From contig NC_092676.1 of the NCBI RefSeq assembly GCF_964355755.1, forward strand, positions 16,882,871-16,946,870: DNA of 64,000 bases, written 5' to 3'. The translations under genes and the position numbers were made by a program. How positions within the stretch are numbered: position 1 is the first letter of the stretch; each line of letters starts with the position of its first letter. The notes beneath the pieces are model-generated. The model had not been told where the DNA came from. It made no database searches and saw only the letters and a program-made list of their open reading frames with translations. This DNA is from Antedon mediterranea. Taxonomy: Eukaryota > Animalia > Echinodermata. Positions 15,001 to 26,052 of this stretch are shown here, in pieces.

Positions 15001-16392
15001 CCAGCTGAAAGGCCGGATGAGGATAAGTCAGCAAAAACAGAAGATGAAAAAATGGACAACGATGACCACAATACAGACACAAACGACGAATCACCCGCAC
15101 AACAAGAAATTAAAAATGATAACACAACAGAAACTAAACCCAATAACATTCCTGAGGTCCAGGAAGAAACTCCGGTCAAAGTTCAAAGTTCAAATGAAGA
15201 TGAGTCAATAAAAACAGAAGTAGAAAACACGGACAACGACGAAAGCAATCCTGATGAAACTGAAGAGCCACAAGCTGAACAGAACGAAAAGACAGAGAAC
15301 AAAACGGACTCGAAACAGGATAAAAATGAAAAAGAAACCCCGGTCAAAGATCAAAGTTCAAATGAAGACGAGTCAACAAAAACAGAAGTAGAAAACACGG
15401 ATAATGAAGAAAGCAACCCAGACGAAACTCAAGAACCACAAGCTAAACAGAACCACAAGACAGAGGACAAAACAGACCCGAAACAGGACACAGATCAAGA
15501 GGAAATCCCGGTCAAAGATCAAAGTCCAAATGAAGATGAGTCAACAAAAACAGAAGTAGAAAACACGGATAACGATGAAAGCAATCCAGACGAAACTGAG
15601 GATGCACAAGCTGAACCGAACGACAAGACAGAGGAAAAAACAGACTCGAAACAGGACACAAATCAAGAAGAACCCAGGGTAACAGATCAAAGTTCAAATG
15701 AAAACAAGTCAACAAAAACAGAAGAAGAAAACACGGATAACGATGAAAGCAATCCAGACAAAACTGAGGAACCACAAGCTGAACCGAACGACAAGACTGA
15801 GGACAAAACAGACTCGAAACAGGACACAAATCAAGAAGAACCCCCGGTAACAGATCAAAGTTCAAATGAAGACGAGTCAACAAAAACAGATGTTGAAAAC
15901 ACGGATAATGAAGAAAGCAATCCAGACGAAACTGAGGAACCACAAGCTGAACAGAACGACAAGACAGAAGACAAAACAGACTCGAAACAGGACACAAATC
16001 AAGAAGAAATCCCGGTAACAGATCAAAGTTCAAATGTAGACGAGTCAACAAAAACAGATGTAGAAAACACGGACAACCAAAAGGGCAATCCAGATGAAAC
16101 TGAGAAACCACAAAACCCGAAAAAGGACGTAATTCCCGAAGATCAAAACCCCGACAAAAAATATGAACCACAAACAGAACAAGAAGACAAACCAGATGAA
16201 AAAACAGATTGTACAAAAGATAAAAATCCAGAAGAATCCCCCATCAAAGATGATGAGAAAACCAAAGCAGAAGAGGAAAAGCGCAAACGAATAGCAGCTT
16301 GTTTGGCAAGAGCGAGGTCTGTAAGTCCGTTTACCGTTCCCATGACTCGTGAAGAACCTCTTCAACCAGGATTTACACTTTCAAAGAAGTAA
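1..16392 (+). CDS. Adhesion G-protein-coupled receptor (5'-partial): F5/8C discoidin, mucin-like stalk, GAIN/GPS, 7TM, very long acidic tail; 22 exons, 2447 aa inside the window
   Basis: Phase-consistent GT-AG exons: 1-51, 2609-2750, 3029-5844, 6356-6535, 6637-6684, 6981-7089, 7422-7592, 8367-8448, 9037-9136, 9229-9311, 9608-9713, 10264-10361, 10554-10659, 10837-11057, 11360-11426, 11811-11896, 12091-12262, 12683-12760, 12933-12981, 13306-13388, 13754-14093, 14237-16392. Motifs: discoidin end PVKGRYIKL...CALRLEIIVC; GPS CRFWD...WSTEGC...CECSHTTNFGIVV; TM2 IVHGNL; TM3 GCRATAIFLHFFLLVHFMWVLLEG; TM4 IGWCLP; ECL2 CWM; TM6 GLTWLFG. Confidence 0.9.
561..1374 (+). mobile_element. Non-autonomous Helentron/DINE-1-like (HINE) element
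   Basis: 5' palindromic subterminal IR AGTCGCGTGGAAGCGACT, two (GTCK)n microsatellite blocks, 3' partner CACGCGACT, 3' stem-loop GGCTGTTGGCC, T-rich flanks; related copies at 12508 and 20080. Confidence 0.75.
1567..2540 (+). mobile_element. Penelope-like retroelement 3' fragment (frameshifted GIY-YIG endonuclease plus 3' pLTR-like region), intronic
   Basis: ORFs 1567-1959 and 1914-2180 give FRRPPNLRDILVRS...CKTC...NVIYLIYCNICGKQYV.ETKNTLRMRMTQHRS...KENHW...PFGLN, the typical PLE linker plus GIY-YIG. Confidence 0.9.
2395..2435 (+). ncRNA. Degenerate hammerhead ribozyme core in the Penelope pLTR
   Basis: CTGATGA (2403-2409), GGC/GCC stem II, GAAA (2426-2429), then GCTA; no 3' strand of stem I is visible. 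Confidence 0.5.
3277..5580 (+). repeat. Coding 84-bp (28-aa) tandem repeat, about 27 copies: TTNAPQTQANNENTAATTNAQATNGNSA
   Basis: Visible in the 945-aa ORF translation; mucin-like stalk exon of the aGPCR. Confidence 0.95.
6020..6087 (-). mobile_element. Short 3' end of an L2/CR1-type LINE or SINE
   Basis: (AAT)n tail next to TTTATATAGCGCC...GCTCATGGCGCT stem-loop, as in L2-family 3' ends. Confidence 0.4.
7538..8260 (+). repeat. Degenerate ~62-70-bp minisatellite homologous to the 3' end and donor site of exon 7422-7592
   Basis: Exon end gtcaactcacttggtcacctaa...tcagccttggacaaagttacag|gt recurs degenerately near 7690, 7733, 7797, 7859, 7927, 7990, 8050 and 8190. Confidence 0.75.
12508..12637 (-). 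mobile_element. Short HINE/DINE-like element (~130 bp)
   Basis: AACAAGGCC end, (GACC/AACC)n block, GACATAGTGAGCTATAGAGTCG...CACGCGACTAAA end shared with 561-1374 and 20080-20852. Confidence 0.7.
15160..16120 (+). repeat. Coding 168-bp (56-aa) acidic tandem repeat, about 5.5 well-conserved copies with decayed copies on either side
   Basis: Unit EETPVKDQSSNEDESTKTEVENTDNDESNPDETEEPQAEQNDKTEDKTDSKQDTNQ; equivalent positions 15181 and 15349 are 168 bp apart. Confidence 0.92.
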
Positions 16393-17419
16393 CTCGCTTT
16401 AAATGAATTCATTGTTTATGCTTATTGTTATTATTATTTTGTATATATACATTTACAGTCAGTCACTCATTCGGTCATACAATGTTTAATTCACAATTAC
16501 TATAGGCCTAGTTCAAACGTTATTGTATAAAAGGTAGATCCGACGAAAGTAAAATATAGAATTACTCGAACATTAAATTTAGTTTAGTTTTAATCATTGT
16601 ATGATAATAATCTTAAACAACAATGTGTAATCAACCCGATTCTGCTGTCAATATGTTCGTATGTAGACAGGTACGGAATGTATACCTATAGACTCGTATC
16701 TAGATGACTGCAAATAGTCAATCACAATTTACCTAATGACAGCTAATACTCGGTTGTGAAATGAATGTAATGTCTCAATATTGATAAACATAGTTTATAT
16801 CATGCTAACGTCTTCATAATATTGTTTAATTAGATGATTTTAAATTCAGTAGAAGCTTGTGTGCTTAGTCTAATTGTTATACTTCAGTTAAACATTGTTC
16901 ATTCTTCCTGGAAATATCTAATGTTCAATAGTGTAATTTCTAAATTTATATAGCTAATTGCTTATTACGTGATATTTATTAACTTAAATAATGTATGTAT
17001 GCCTACTTTAAAATACTTTCCGTATGCCATATTCGCGTAATATTCGTGTAACATGATAGGACTAGCTAGTTTTTGTAAAGTAGAAAACAATTTCGAATTT
17101 CCTTTTAAAAGGTGTACGGTAATATAATTGAACGGTGTACTATAACCTTTTTATTAAAGAAAACAACGTTGTACATAATTATCTTGTGTTGTTTGTTGAT
17201 TTAATAATTCAAGACAATGACTTAAAATCGAAGATGAAATGATGATGACCCATTGCATACTTTTGTAGTAGATACACTCCAAGATATCAACGCAAAACAC
17301 AATAAACCCAAAAATATCAGGTAACTATCACTGAATGTTAAGTAAACTGTCTCGCCTTATTACTATATCTTCAAACCCTGTATTATTTTAATTGGCTTTC
17401 CATCAACAATGAGAAAATG

Positions 17420-18630
17420 GCAATGCTTCTAAAGGAGGTTCTTCATTAGTTGTAGTGTAGATGTTTCTGAGAAGATTTCTTTTAGATATTTTAATTGTTT
17501 ATAAGAGTTTCTCTTATGGAATAATGGTTATCCAGTTTCTGAGGAGCTCCTTTATTAGAAGTGTCGATTTCTTCATTTTTTTTAGAAGTTCAATTTACCA
17601 AAGAGGTTTTTTCATCAATTATAGAAAGAAGTTGTAGAAGTTTCAATGTGTCTAATAAGTGTCGATGTTTCCCAAGATTTTCTGCATTAGTTGTAGATTA
17701 AGTGACTCTAAGGAATTTATCCATTAGTTGTAGAACTTTTAATGCTTCACATGAGTTTCTTCATTAGCTGTAGAAGTGTCTATGTTACCCAGGAGCTTAT
17801 ACATCAGTTATAGAAGTGTCAATGTTCCCAAGTTAAGTTTCTTCATTAATTGTAGAAGCGTCATTGTTACTTAAAAAATATTCCTCAATTGTAGTTGTAG
17901 AAATTTCAATGTTTCTAAAGGAGATTCTTCAATAACTGTAGAAGTGTCTATGTTTCCAAGGAGCTTTTTCAATAGTTATAAAACTGTCAATGTTATTAGT
18001 TTTAGAAGTTTCAATGTTTCCCATGAGTTCTTTATCAGTTATAGAAGTGTCAATGTTTCCCAGAAGATTCTTCATTAGTTGTAGAAGTGACAAGGTTTCC
18101 CATGAGTTTCTTCATGAGTTGTAGAGGTGTTAATGTTTCTTATGAGTTTCTACATCAGTTATAGAAGTGACAATGTCCCCGCCGAGGAGTTTCTTCATTA
18201 GTTATAGACGTGTCAATGTTTCCGAGAAGTTTCTTTGTTAATTTTAGAAGTATTATTGTTACTTAAAAAAAGATTCCTCAATTAGCTGTAGTTGTAAAAA
18301 TGTTAAGGTTTCTAAAGGAGATTCTTAAATAGCTTTAGAAGTGTCTATGTTTCCCAGTAGTTTCTTCAATAGTTGTGAAGTGTCAATGTTTCCCAGGAGT
18401 TTCGTCATTAGTTGTAGGAGTATCGATGTTTCCTAGAAATGTCTTTATTAGTTTTAAAAGTTTCAATGTTTCCCAGGAGATTCTTCATTAGTTGTAGAAG
18501 TTACAAAGTTTCCAGAAGAATGTCTTCATTGGTTGTAAAAGTGTCAATGTTCCCGAGGAGTTTCTTCAATAGCTGTAGAAGTGTCAAGGTTTTTCAATGA
18601 ATCTTTAGTTGTATTTTATTATTCAATGTT
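17420..18630. repeat. Degenerate 40-bp minisatellite, about 30 units
   Basis: Consensus tttcccaggagtttcttcattagttgtagaagtgtcaatg; consecutive 40-bp units from 18390 onward. Confidence 0.9.
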
Positions 18631-20079
18631 TCTATATTAAGGGTAACGATTTTCTCTTTTAAACTGTGTTGTTGGTGTTTGGCAAACGCAAAAGTGGATC
18701 AAAGTACCAATATAGACCTATTTAAGTATCTTAAGTAATTATATTTAAGTAATTATCATTTCCATGACAGCTACACGCATCCGTCTTTTTTCGACTATGC
18801 TATACCTACTTGACTCTTCTATATGGCGTTTATTTTTAATAGGCCCATTCATTTAATCTATTGTGTGGAATCACGTCCTACCGTAAAACCTCGAAAAGAA
18901 GCACTATGGGATTCTGCTTTTTAAAGTATTTTTAGGTGGCCTTTTCAAGATGAGTTTTTTTTAAGGATTACTTTTGCAAACTAAAAAGGTGGGGCTTCTT
19001 TTCAAAATGAATGCTGTGAATTTTGTGAATTGTTACTACAATAATAGGATTTTTATACATTATCTGCCCAGTTCGCATATTTCTGATGAAAAATATCTTT
19101 TTAAACTTTAAAATGAATGTACAATTATGAACTTGATGACACATTTTATCTGCATCACAAGTTATCTTGTATTAAATTCATTTGTGATATTCAAATAGTC
19201 TCGTAAAAAAGTCCAGTGAACTTCATTTCGAGATCGATTATTTTAGCAAAACAAAAGTTCTTTTCGAACAGAAACCCAGTGCTTCTTGCCATTCATTAAG
19301 TGATGCTGTATTCACAACAACCGGTTGGCGTTAGAGACCCGCTTTATTAAAGTGATGACTAATGGATTCACAAGGTCTATAAATGACACTATTCTTTAAG
19401 TAGGATAGACAAGAGCGTGACGTGGTCAAGCAGGATCTTAACAATAATACAACAATAATAATAATAATTAAACCGCAAATCAATTGTTTCAAATCTATTC
19501 CGTATTCGAATAAATATGGCAAGAACAAGGTGTAGGCCTAGATTTTATATAGGCCTTTCGGCTTACAAAAAATATATTTTTGTTTATATTTAAAATTTTT
19601 TTTACAAATTTACAATGCTTATGATATTTTTTTTTAATTTAATGAGGGCCAAAAAAATATTTGTTAAGCGTCACTCACCCTCTCCTCATTTTCGAGCCGC
19701 CTCTGTTCTTTTACGACTAAAATCGATTATAGCCAGAATACAGGAAGATATAGTAATGTGGTTTTCTTGAAGTTGAAAACATGAAATAAATAATGTGTTC
19801 TTATTTTAAACAGTTAATGTGACACACTAACAATATAGTAAACAATAAACAAATAATCATAAGGACGGCATTTGTCATAACAATGATTATGATAATGTAA
19901 GACCTACATGGCTCAATATTCATTTTAATTACACATCAGAAACAAAATAAAACAATAATAAAACTGATGCCGTACAGATAAATATTTATTGATAATTTTA
20001 TTTATTTATTTATTCGGTATATAAAAATATATTGCAAAACGACAGTCAAGGACTGAAATGAATTGTATTACAAATAACT

Positions 20080-20852
20080 AACAAGGCCAACAGCCATTAA
20101 GTCGCGTGCTACAATGCATAGTGATACCGGACCGACAGACAGACCGACAGACCGACAGACAGACAGACCGACCGACATAGTGAACTATAGAGTCGCGTCC
20201 ACGCGACTAAAAAGGCATGATTTTGACGAATTTTTGAACTTTTTCATCAAAACGTGCGCAAATTATCCAATTCGACGTGCTCAGTATGACGTAATTTTAA
20301 GTCGAAATTGTTTAAAAGTTGGTAAAATTATTAGAAAAGGCTGCAAAAACATAAATCACGCGAAAAAAGTATGTATTTAACGCTACATGCGCACCGCGCG
20401 CGTATGGGAATTTTTGACATGCTCAAAATGACCAGAAACGCGTAGAAAGTTGATTAAAAATTAATTTTGCGCATTTTAAAATTGTAAATGCGCGTGCGCG
20501 CATAACTTTGTGTAAAACACACATTTTTTTTCAACAGAAAGTTAGCACCTGATATAAATTAAACTTTTGCAAAGTTTCAATTTAAAATGTTATTTGGTTT
20601 TTGACCTATGTTAAATACGAGAAAATCGTTAAATCGCGCGTAAATCACGTTGCGCAACTCTAACGTCATTCACAATAGGAGGTTTCACGTAAATGCCCAC
20701 ATGTTGACATCAAAACAGTTCAAAAAATACAGAAAAGCGATAAAACGCATAGTGATACCGGACCGACAGACAGACCGACAGACAGACAGACCGACAGACA
20801 GACCGACCGACCGACATAGTGAGCTATAGAGTCGCGTCCATGCGACTAAAAA
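20080..20852 (-). mobile_element. HINE/DINE-1-like element with a duplicated 5' module
   Basis: Reverse complement of the termini of 561-1374; complete mini-copy 20080-20213 plus a second 5' module at 20745-20852; (GACA/GACC)n blocks. Confidence 0.75.
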
Positions 20853-20959
20853 TTAGTTAAAATTGCTATAAAAATAGAAACATCTTATTAAAATTAGATA
20901 CCGTACCATAAAATTATAAAACATACATGAATAAAAAACCTTAAAACATTCACTTATTA

Positions 20960-23110
20960 CATATCTAAAAAAAGAGCTAGTGGTACCTATTAATTATATC
21001 CACCATGGTGGGAACTGAAGACGACCTAAGTCTGCTGGTTTTACACAGTGGTGGCGCCAGCGGGGGGGCTACGGGGGCTCTAGCCCCCTCGTCGGGGAGC
21101 CTAGCCCCCCCGTCGGGGAACACGGGTACTTTTTGTCGGGGAATATAATATACAGTAAAAAACGTTCGCGTTCACTTCATATAGCTTCAGCGCCTAGAAA
21201 ACCACGACGTTCCATTGACCGTGAGAGTACGTCAGAGTGCTATTATGCACTTTTATGCATTCATTTATTGCCAGCGATCTAACTTACTACTAAACATTAG
21301 CTAGGTACGCACTTGTCTGGCGGTATCCCTTTGTACGAATCGTTCAACGTTGGGTTGAGACGCGTGATATCAAGTTCCATCCAGGGACCAAAATGTGTAA
21401 TGTAGTTATTTTCCAGGCGAAGTTTACCGACGGTTACCGAAGAAAACACGGGTACTTTTTGTCGGGGAATATAATATACAGTAAAAAGCGTTCGCGTTCA
21501 CTTCGTAGCAAGCTTCAGCGCCTAGAAAACCGCGACGTTTCATTGACCGTGAGAGAGTACGTCAGAGTGATATTATGCACTTTATAAGCACTCATTATTG
21601 CCAGCGATCTAACTTACTACTAAACAATAGCTAGGTTCGCACTTGTCTGGCGGTATCCCTTTGTACGAATCGTTCAACGTTGGGTCGAGACGCGTGATAT
21701 CATGTTCCATCCAGGGACCAAAATGTGTACTGTAGTTATTTTCCAGGCTAAGTTTACTGACGGTTACGTCGTGTACTGCGTCGACGTACGCTACACTACA
21801 GCAAAAACGAATTATGTTAATTGTTCGTATGTTCACCAATTTTTTAAATTTACAAGTAACATTCTGTACCGTGGGGCACCTAAAATAAATTTTTCATCCA
21901 TTACTAAACAAAAAAACATGCCATTTTCGCTTAGCCAACATCTTATTATAGCTAAGTTATTACATTTTCAATGTCCTGTATGTCATGAATTTCTCACCAC
22001 TCGGAAGTCCAGATGGTACGCACGCATACACTTGTTGGGAGGAATAAACTTATTTCCCCGACTGAAAAAGTTCTACGCTTGCGTTTTTTAAGCCTCTATG
22101 CCTGATGTTTCCGAAGTATAAAATGCAATTTTTTGAAGACCTGCAGCTCTAGTTTTAAACAGTTTCTTAGCTCAGCCCCAACAATAAAGCTGGTCATATT
22201 TCGAAGTACAAGAAGTGCATTTTCCGGGACCTAACATCTCTATTTTTCAAACATTTCTTAGCTCAGTCACAACCTTGATAGGGACTTATATATTTTATTT
22301 CATGTTTTGAAGTATAATAAGTCCAATTTCCGGGACCTCCAACTCTATTTTTCTAAATTTTCTTTGAACTTTTATTTTTTAAATTGAAAAAATATGGATT
22401 GAAACAGTCATCGCGCATCGTTTTTTTGCACGCAGTATTTTATTTATGCATTATAAAAAATGGAAAAAATGGCTACCCTAAATCTGATTAAAATGACCTC
22501 AAATGACGCTAGAACGCGTTGCTTCCGGGGGCTTCGCCCCCTGGACCCCCACCGGGGGCCCTTGGCGGCCCCCTGGCCCCCAGCCTAGTGATGCTCGCTT
22601 CGCTCGCATAGCCCCCTCGTCGGAGAATGTAGCCCCCGCGTCGGGAAGATCCTGGCGCCACCCCTGGTTTTACAATGAGGTACTTCTAGAAAGCGGTTGA
22701 ATCTGAGAGACCGAGCTGGCTTATGAAGAGGGGAAAGTATTTCTCTAAAGAGCTCGGATTTTAATAAGCCTTCCCCGAAAGACAACACCAGTTTGTTTCT
22801 TCTCTCAACAAGAGTACGGTAAACCAGTAACAGACAATGCAGGATCATAGCACACATAGTTGTTACCTAGCATGATTCGCAAAGCTCTCTTTTGTACCTT
22901 TTCAATAGGCTTGGACCCTCATGTCCTTAGTGATAGCGCCATGCCAAACAGGGGCAGCATATTCTAAAATAGGTCTTATATAAGCCATATAAACAGTCAA
23001 CAGATCATTAATTAAGATTCCAGCTTTCTTCAAAATGCACAAGGAAAATAAACGTCTAGAAGCTCTAGACACAATATTATTAGTGTTAAGTTCCCATTTC
23101 ATTATGATCA
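20960..23110 (-). mobile_element. LINE (L2/CR1-group) ORF2 3' fragment, split by a hAT element
   Basis: Minus-strand KWELNT...SRASRRLFSLCILKK...VYMAYIRPILEYAAPVWH; the C-terminus FLEVPH|CKTSRLRSSSVP rejoins across the hAT insertion. Confidence 0.85.
21046..22666. mobile_element. Non-autonomous hAT-type DNA transposon (1621 bp) with an internal ~326-bp tandem duplication
   Basis: TIRs CAGTGGTGGCGCCAG / CTGGCGCCACCCCTG; perfect 8-bp TSD GTTTTACA at 21038-21045 and 22667-22674; duplicated block starting at 21120 and 21446. Confidence 0.92.
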
Positions 23111-23509
23111 ACACGATCAACAAGATCAAAAGCTTAGTAAAGTCAGTGGCACATATAGGTTTAAACATATCATTTACCCTTCTTTGAGTGTAGAGTCAAT
23201 AAGACTAACAAGATATAGTGAGTTGAGGAAGCCTTTTTCCTACTACCAAATTGACGAGAATCTATTTTACCCCTTAATAATAATACGCGTTCATATTATT
23301 TAACCAATAATAGGCCTACTCTACAATAAAAAATTGTAGGCCTAATGTATAGGCTATTTTGTTTTGTTTTGCTTATTTTTGTATATGTATAGCTTTTGTT
23401 TTTTAAATCAGTTAATAAAATAAGATTTTGAATAGGCCATTTTAAAATTTTAATTAATACAAAAAAATTGTTTGATTAATGTTTTAATATATAATAATAG
23501 GCCTCCTTA

Positions 23510-23632
23510 AAAAGTTATGACGCGTTTTTTAACTTCCGGTTTTCGTGGCAGTGTTTTAAGTGGATGCGATCTACTGGGCAGCGGTTTTGTTTACCGTAAC
23601 CTAATTAATTTGCGGAGGAGGTATTTTGACAG
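23510..23632 (+). promoter_or_regulatory. Putative UAP1 promoter and non-coding first exon
   Basis: Local CpG enrichment, TGACG half-CRE (23518), ETS site ACTTCCGG (23532), donor CAG|GTAATT at 23632/23633; acceptor at 27576 lies 13 nt before the ATG. Confidence 0.6.
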
Positions 23633-24109
23633 GTAATTATATGTATTCCTTATTAAATCCCAACTAGAAATATTTATAAACCGTCTATGACTAGGCCTAG
23701 TGTTTTATTTTGCACTAGAGTATTCGATCGTTACATGAGAACATTCGCTAGGCCTAGGCCCTCCTAAAAAAGCCGCATAGCCATAGTAGCGTTGTTACCG
23801 CCGGTAGACCTAGATATCTAAAGAAAACACAGTTGCGTTTGGTGAGGCGCCTGGAAGGACAGTGAGTGTTATAAGGCTTTGTACTACCTAGGGGCCTTAG
23901 CTTGTATTACCGTATTAGGCCTAGTACTGGTAAGTTTTACTCTAGAACTAGGCCTAGGCCTAGACTTAATGTTATTTGCAAATTGCTGTAGTTTGACCAT
24001 AATTAATAATAATAATTATAATATTGATAATTTATTAATTAGGCCTAGGCTAGTCTAGTACCGCCAACCCATTCTCTATCTAGGCGCTATCTCTACTACT
24101 AGGCTAGGT

Positions 24110-24305
24110 GGGGAACAGACGATCGGGACCACGGACGTTCGGGCCCAAGACGATCGGGCCCTGAAAACGTGGTCCCGATAGTCTTCAGCGTTGGGCCCGA
24201 TCGTCATACCATTAGGCCCGATCGTCCAGTGTTTTCAGAACCACGTTGAGCCCGATAGTCTTACCAGTTGGTCCCGATCGTCTTAGCGTTAGGCCCGATA
24301 GTTTT
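24110..24305. mobile_element. Non-autonomous DNA transposon fragment with inverted arrays of ~15-bp subterminal repeats
   Basis: GACGATCGGGNCC repeats on the left, GGNCCCGATNGTC repeats on the right. Confidence 0.55.
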
Positions 24306-25559
24306 GTGTTATATAAAATAATGTGCCTCCTCCTCCTCCTCGCCACATTTCATCATTTTTCATTCCTAGTGCTACTGTAGTGTCAAACGTGCTTTTCTTG
24401 CGTAATTAAGATTTTAATTAAAAAGGTTAAAGATGTATTGTCCCCAAAAACATGAAAAATAAAGATTAATTAAATCAGACTTTGAATATTTATTTTGTAG
24501 TTTAAATAAAGTCAATCACTTATAAAATAAATGGTTAAATTCAACCAAAAATCCACTGGCTGGCAGCCAATTTGACCATTTTTTGTTTTAAATTACATTT
24601 TTTTCAGGCAAATATATTTTTTTTCGATCCAATTTTTGGTCAAAGTGGATAACTATTATGTTACATTAAAATGGAATATTAAAAAAAAAAATTTGTTTTA
24701 ATTATACAATAGTCAATACATCTTTAATTAGATTTTTTCTAAAGTATTTAATTAAGTTAACTCTGTTCCATCCACTTGACCACCACCCTCTGTGTATCAA
24801 CAGTTGTTGTGAGTTTAAATACTGTTGTTTGCGATGCATGTCTTACGTTATCTGAACTAAAAAAAAAGGGTAAATTGCAAAAGCCAGACTCAATGACGAC
24901 CAAAATGATCTATATTCTTTGCTAGTGCATCCTGAATATTGTGAAACAGTTTTTACAGTACTTATTCAATGTACAAATTGCGCAAGATAGACACTCTCTT
25001 GCTCAAATTGAAATTATGTAGGCTAAAACACAATATGATACAGTAAACTATGAAACATTTTTGGGAAAAACCCAGGATTAAATTTACTACTGAGAAAGTA
25101 CATAAATGTATTGTACAGTAGTATTAATTTTTGTATACGTATAATAGAAATGACAGATGTTATGTTACACTCAGGACCTAATAATTTACAATTAAATTAT
25201 ACAGTAGTCGGTTACTGTACAGTAAGCAGTTAGCAACCATTAATTATTGATTTATTTTCTATTGTTGATGCCTTGTAAGTTGTAAATACATGTTGAGTTG
25301 ACTAAATTACTGTAGGAGTTATGGTTATTTAAAAATGATTTTAAATCCTAACATTTAACTATAGTTCATTGCAGTGGACTATGCTTAAAACCCAATAAAT
25401 TAACACGTAATAACAGAAATGTAACAAATTGTTTGGACTCATAACAAGTTGTTGATATTTACAAGATTATAAAACACATACTGTATGACAATGTATTAAA
25501 AATGAATCTACATAACTGTAAATTTATATTTATATAGATGCGTTGAGGCAGCAAAAATG

Positions 25560-26052
25560 CTCAATTGAAATCAAGAGCGAATATATATTTATGAATTAGA
25601 TAGAACACAAGTGTCTATTACACGGTGTTTCACGTTAAACGGTCTTCAGATAGACTGAACAATACCGTATCTTAAGGTGTTATAAGGCTTTAGTCAGGTG
25701 GTATGTAAATTTTCTTGTTATGACAACATTTTGAAATCAGTTCAGACCTTTTGTTTAACAAATTTGTTTTGTTTACATTTAGAATACATAACTTTTCATC
25801 TAAACAAAGACTACAACGCCCATAAGCGGCGTTCTTAGTGGAGGAATATTTAATTACTTTCCATTTAATTGTAAACATTACGTCATTACTTTTCAAAGAC
25901 CATACGTACTTTGAGAGCTCGGATTCTTTACTGTACGTTTCTTTTTTGAAAGATTTCTTGTGATTGTTAAACCTAGTTTTAAACTGCCCACCCGTCATAC
26001 CAATATATGTCTTAGTTTCGTTATTGGTTATGACGTCGGCGGAGTAACTATA
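25560..26052 (-). mobile_element. Penelope-like element 3' fragment (GIY-YIG C-terminal half plus pLTR)
   Basis: Minus strand ...KTYIGMTGGQFKTRFNNHKKSF...SELSKYVW.LK...CSLCLDEK...LLNKRSELISKC.H. Confidence 0.9.
25613..25655 (-). ncRNA. Minimal type I hammerhead ribozyme (Penelope-associated)
   Basis: Minus strand: GTCTAT-CTGAAGA-ccgtttaacgt-GAAA-cac-c-gtg-TA-ATAGAC; stem I has 6 perfect bp, both core boxes are intact, stem III ACAC/GTGT has a 1-nt loop, cleavage triplet GUA. Confidence 0.82.

Noticed and set aside
14229-16365. Ser/Phe/Leu-rich minus-strand ORFs
   Set aside because: Antisense shadows of the purine-rich acidic tail exon
17420-18630. Possible minus-strand mucin-like coding repeat (GNIDTSTTNEET-like)
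   Set aside because: The unit is 40 bp, not a multiple of 3, and there is no long ORF
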